From Deltaproteobacteria bacterium (GTDB lineage: Bacteria; Desulfobacterota; Syntrophia; Syntrophales; Smithellaceae): a stretch of DNA of 59,698 bases. The translations under genes were made by a program, and so were the position numbers. This document shows positions 56,608 to 59,698 of the stretch, in pieces. Position 1 is the stretch's first letter; each line of letters begins with the position of its first letter. Location of the stretch: NCBI GenBank assembly GCA_025361065.1, contig JANYAY010000169.1:1-59698 (forward strand), in the 5' to 3' direction. The notes beneath the pieces were generated by a model. It made no database searches. It saw nothing but the letters and a program-made list of their open reading frames with translations, and had not been told where the DNA came from.

Positions 56608-57846
56608 TCAGCCTCGAATATCCCTTTCCGGATAAGCGCCAACCTTATGAAGGCTTAAATCTGCCCCTTGCATTTCTTCTTCCCGGCTGAGACGTATGCC
56701 GACAGTATTTTTCAACGCCAGATAAACCACTGTGCCCACAGACAATGCAAGAATAATGGCGGCAACCGTTCCGCAAACCTGGGCCACAAAAGATACATCG
56801 CCGGTCCCGCCAAAGAATTTCTGTCCGAATATTCCTGTCGCCAGCCCTCCCCAGGAGCCGGTGATGCCGTGCAAAGGCCAGACTCCCAGCACATCATCAA
56901 TTTTCATTTTTTCCGTTTCTATCTGGAAGCCGAATATGAAGATGATCGCCGCAATACCGCCGACGAAAAAAGCGCCAAACGGATGAACCACGTCGGAACC
57001 GGAACAAATGGCAATCAGTCCGGCCAGCGCACCGTTGTGGATGAAGCCGGGATCGTTTTTGGAGAATAGCAGAGCAAAAAGGATTCCGCCCACCATGGCG
57101 AAAAGTGAATTGACGGCAACCAGGCCGCTGATCCCGGCGATGTCCTGAGCGCTCATCACATTGAACCCGAACCAGCCGATAGCTAAAATCCAGCTGCCCA
57201 GCGCCATAAACGGAATGTTGGAAACAGGAATACCCTGGCTCACCCCATTGCTCCAGCGGCCGATGCGCTGGCCTAAAATAATTATTGCCGGAAGTGCCAG
57301 CCAGCCGCCCATCGAATGCACAACAACGGAGCCCGCGTAGTCATGAAACTTTGCTCCGGTGCCGGCCAAAAGCCAATCCTGAAAAAAAGTAAAGCGTCCC
57401 CAGATCACCGATTCAAACAGGGGATAGCAAAGTCCCGCCAGTATGGCCCCCGCTATAAATTGCGGCCAGAATTTCGCCCGCTCGGCAATGCCGCCGGAAA
57501 TTATCGCGGGGATACAGGCGGCAAAAGTTGTCAGGAAGAAGCAATGGACCAGATCAAAGCCCCGCGCCCCCGCAACAACCTTGCCGCCCAGCAGATTGGA
57601 AAGGCTTCCGGCGTCCATCCAGAAATTTATTCCATAGGCAATGGGAAAGCCGATCAAAAAATAAACCACCGTTGAAGCCGACCAGTCCGTAATAATTTTC
57701 ACCAGCGCATTGACCTGATTTTTCTGCCGCACAGTGCCTACCTCCAGGAAAGCAAAGCCGGCGTGCATGGCAAAAATCATGACTGCGCCCAGCATCAGAA
57801 AAAGCGTGTTGCTGGAAAATTGTAAGTTTTGCAAAGTTTCGTTCAT
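56608..57846 (-). CDS. amtB: Ammonium transporter
   Basis: MHAGFAFLEVG, DYAGSVVVH, GWFGFN, DDVLGVWPLHG. Confidence 0.95.
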   Translation of the reverse strand: MNETLQNLQFSSNTLFLMLGAVMIFAMHAGFAFLEVGTVRQKNQVNALVKIITDWSASTVVYFLIGFPIAYGINFWMDAGSLSNLLGGKVVAGARGFDLVHCFFLTTFAACIPAIISGGIAERAKFWPQFIAGAILAGLCYPLFESVIWGRFTFFQDWLLAGTGAKFHDYAGSVVVHSMGGWLALPAIIILGQRIGRWSNGVSQGIPVSNIPFMALGSWILAIGWFGFNVMSAQDIAGISGLVAVNSLFAMVGGILFALLFSKNDPGFIHNGALAGLIAICSGSDVVHPFGAFFVGGIAAIIFIFGFQIETEKMKIDDVLGVWPLHGITGSWGGLATGIFGQKFFGGTGDVSFVAQVCGTVAAIILALSVGTVVYLALKNTVGIRLSREEEMQGADLSLHKVGAYPERDIRG

Positions 57847-57866
57847 GATGCCCCCTTATGGCTGAT

Positions 57867-57964
57867 ATCCCGCTCACGCGGGACCAGTGTTCGTTCTCCG
57901 CAGCGGGCTTGGATATAATGACGTTCATTTCATACCTCGGAAGCGAGCTCGCGAGGTTGTTGAT
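57867..57964 (+). repeat. Family A hairpin repeat (long copy) in the amtB leader
   Basis: ATCCCGCTCACGCGGGAC...ATATAATGACGTTCATTTCATACCTCG...GGTTGTTGAT. Confidence 0.85.
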
Positions 57965-57991
57965 TTGATCCCGTCCTAATCATTCCCAGAG

Positions 57992-58007
57992 AGCAAATAG
58001 CTTGCCA
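57992..58007 (-). promoter_or_regulatory. Sigma54 promoter for amtB-glnK-glnD
   Basis: Minus strand TGGCAAGCTATTTGCT (GG-N10-GC). Confidence 0.78.
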
Positions 58008-58386
58008 CATAAATGTAGAAATTATTATTAAACCAGTGATACTTTTGTTCTGGTAAGGCAAGCAAATGAAATTACATGGTTATTTTAGAAACAATATTGT
58101 ACTCATGCTGTCCGGGCCCGATTGTCGCGCCGGTAAAATTAATACATATTCGTATTTTTTATTTTCCGTTGTAACAATTGCGTCCCTTACCGGAGTGGCC
58201 ATTCTCGCCATTATTGGGAATCAGTTCGGGAGAGTGTCACGTTTGCCTAATCCCTTGGCAAGCGCATCTGACAGATGCCTGCCGCAGGGTAACCAATGGT
58301 TGATATTGGATTGACACACAAGGCCGTTATCTATATACATTCTTACACTGACATTAAGAAATTACAGGCAGAGGAGAAAAAGCACG

Positions 58387-58929
58387 ATGAGCTTGTTTGG
58401 GAAACCGAAGGGGGAAAAATATCACACCCGAACCATAGAGGTGAGTACTTACGAATATGACGAACAGAGATTAGCCGTAGAGGGATGTTTGACGGATCAT
58501 CGCTTTCAGGAATACCATCTGGCCACGGGTGAAAAAAGGCCGCCCGGCATATTGCATCAGATGATCATTCATTTGCTCGTTTGCAAAGCAACCATGGAGA
58601 TCGATGATCTGCACGTGGAAATGCCTTGCGTTCCCCGTGAAGAATGCCTGGAGACCATCAACAGTATCGAGGGTGTCAAGGGATTACGAATTACCGGCGG
58701 ATTTACAATGAAAGTAAAGGAACTGGTGGGTCGGGGACAGGGGTGTAACCATCTGGTGGCGCTTCTGACAGCAATGGGCGCCCCAACCATACAGGGATAC
58801 GCCGCCTACAAACTGCAGAAATCTTCCGGATTCATAGCCGACATGATCCATATGATTGCGGACACCTGCTGGACCTGGCGGGCGGACGGGCCCTTGATTA
58901 AGGCTATAAAAGAAAAAAGCAAAGTTTAA
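58387..58929 (+). CDS. DUF2889-domain protein
   Basis: HTR.I, G.L.D, H.M, P..EC, GCNHL, TCWTW pattern. Confidence 0.8.
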   Translation: MSLFGKPKGEKYHTRTIEVSTYEYDEQRLAVEGCLTDHRFQEYHLATGEKRPPGILHQMIIHLLVCKATMEIDDLHVEMPCVPREECLETINSIEGVKGLRITGGFTMKVKELVGRGQGCNHLVALLTAMGAPTIQGYAAYKLQKSSGFIADMIHMIADTCWTWRADGPLIKAIKEKSKV

Positions 58930-59276
58930 GCTTTGATATTGAGAAGCTCTTTTTGCATTTCGGCGGCTGTTTTGAGAGTCAGGATATTGGCCTCATACGA
59001 ATATTGAGCGACAATTTGATTGGCAATTTCTTCTTCCAGGTTCACATTTGATTCCTGCTGCGCTCTTCCGGTGCGCTCATTGTGATCAATAACCATGCCC
59101 GGAGTATTAATGCTGCTAATCGTTACTTCCACGCCACCGTTGGCTGCCTCTTGAAGCTCGACACGGCTTTTTTGGAAATTGTTTGTTTCCAAATTGGCGA
59201 CATTGTTGGCGTTTACATCGATCTTAGTAGAAAAGACCTTTAATGCACTCAGTGCGATACCAAAAGCGGACGGCAT
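58926..59276 (-). CDS. Short flagellar rod/hook-like protein (only the N- and C-terminal D0 motifs)
   Basis: ANNVANLET and SNVNLEEE...YEAN..TLKTAAEM..LL; AAGGAGG RBS; 116 aa. Confidence 0.78.
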   Translation of the reverse strand: MPSAFGIALSALKVFSTKIDVNANNVANLETNNFQKSRVELQEAANGGVEVTISSINTPGMVIDHNERTGRAQQESNVNLEEEIANQIVAQYSYEANILTLKTAAEMQKELLNIKA

Positions 59277-59557
59277 AAATTTGTCCTCCTTTAATTGATT
59301 ATCGGCAAGAGAAGGCCAAGCTTGAATACGGAGAATAAATTGCCACGGAACAAAGCACACCGGAAAGTGTAGGAAAAATAATTTCTCGCTGTCATTGCTC
59401 CATGGCCGGTAATTTTTCGAGCAGAAGCTATTTCCAACGTTATTCTTTATAAGCCATTGGATAAATTTCCCATGATATACCTGCCGGGCATTTAGTCCTA
59501 ATTATACCAAGTCGCATTCTTTAGCTAACTTTGTTGGCACAGCCCACCCCGGCGCAG

Positions 59558-59698
59558 GAGACTGTGTCGTAATAGGATAAATTGCCATTTCGTGTCCTCC
59601 GCTGGCGGAGGTGTCACGAGGTGACGGAGGTGGACTAAGGAGTGCCAATGTGTAACTTATTAATATTACAGCCACTTAAAAAACATCCACCCCCTTGC
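59558..59698 (+). mobile_element. Family B MITE, truncated by the window edge
   Basis: GAGACTGTGTCGTAAT followed by GTCCTCCGCTGGCGGAGG REP; preceded by CCCGGC-N4. Confidence 0.75.

Noticed and set aside
58243-58260. TTGCC-N8-GGCAA dyad as an NtrC-type enhancer for amtB
   Set aside because: Single short dyad about 240 bp from the promoter and closer to the divergent gene; insufficient support.

Overview
A 59.7-kb stretch of bacterial chromosome. Gene content (class II RNR, AOR, acyl-CoA enzymes, dapL, sigma54 systems, selenium genes) suggests an anaerobic Desulfobacterota, probably Syntrophales-like; this is an inference. Most genes are housekeeping or metabolic: nrdJ 5' end with tandem NrdR boxes, truA, tRNA-Thr(CGT), dapL-dapF, lpdA, sigma54-driven amtB-glnK-glnD, and AOR with its ferredoxin. 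The most notable items are: (1) a 71-aa glutaredoxin-like selenoprotein with two in-frame UGA codons, each followed by a SECIS-like hairpin, absent from the ORF track; (2) a LysR plus cysteine/selenocysteine desulfurase pair divergent from a MauE-rhodanese-[FeS/CCG-DedA fusion]-DUF3047 operon; (3) a TPM-nucleotidyltransferase-LemA operon of unknown function; (4) three secreted propeller/lectin-like proteins (PAN-PAN-Cys-rich-AbfB); (5) a desulforedoxin-like metal knuckle fused to a histone H1-like tail; (6) a self-contained sigma54 two-component module with two small secreted targets; (7) at least five families of intergenic REP/MITE-like elements, some nested and target-specific, with no transposase in the window; (8) a decayed integrase island at tRNA-Thr and two other pseudogenes. 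No CRISPR array or rRNA was seen. All family assignments come from motif recognition by eye, not database searches.
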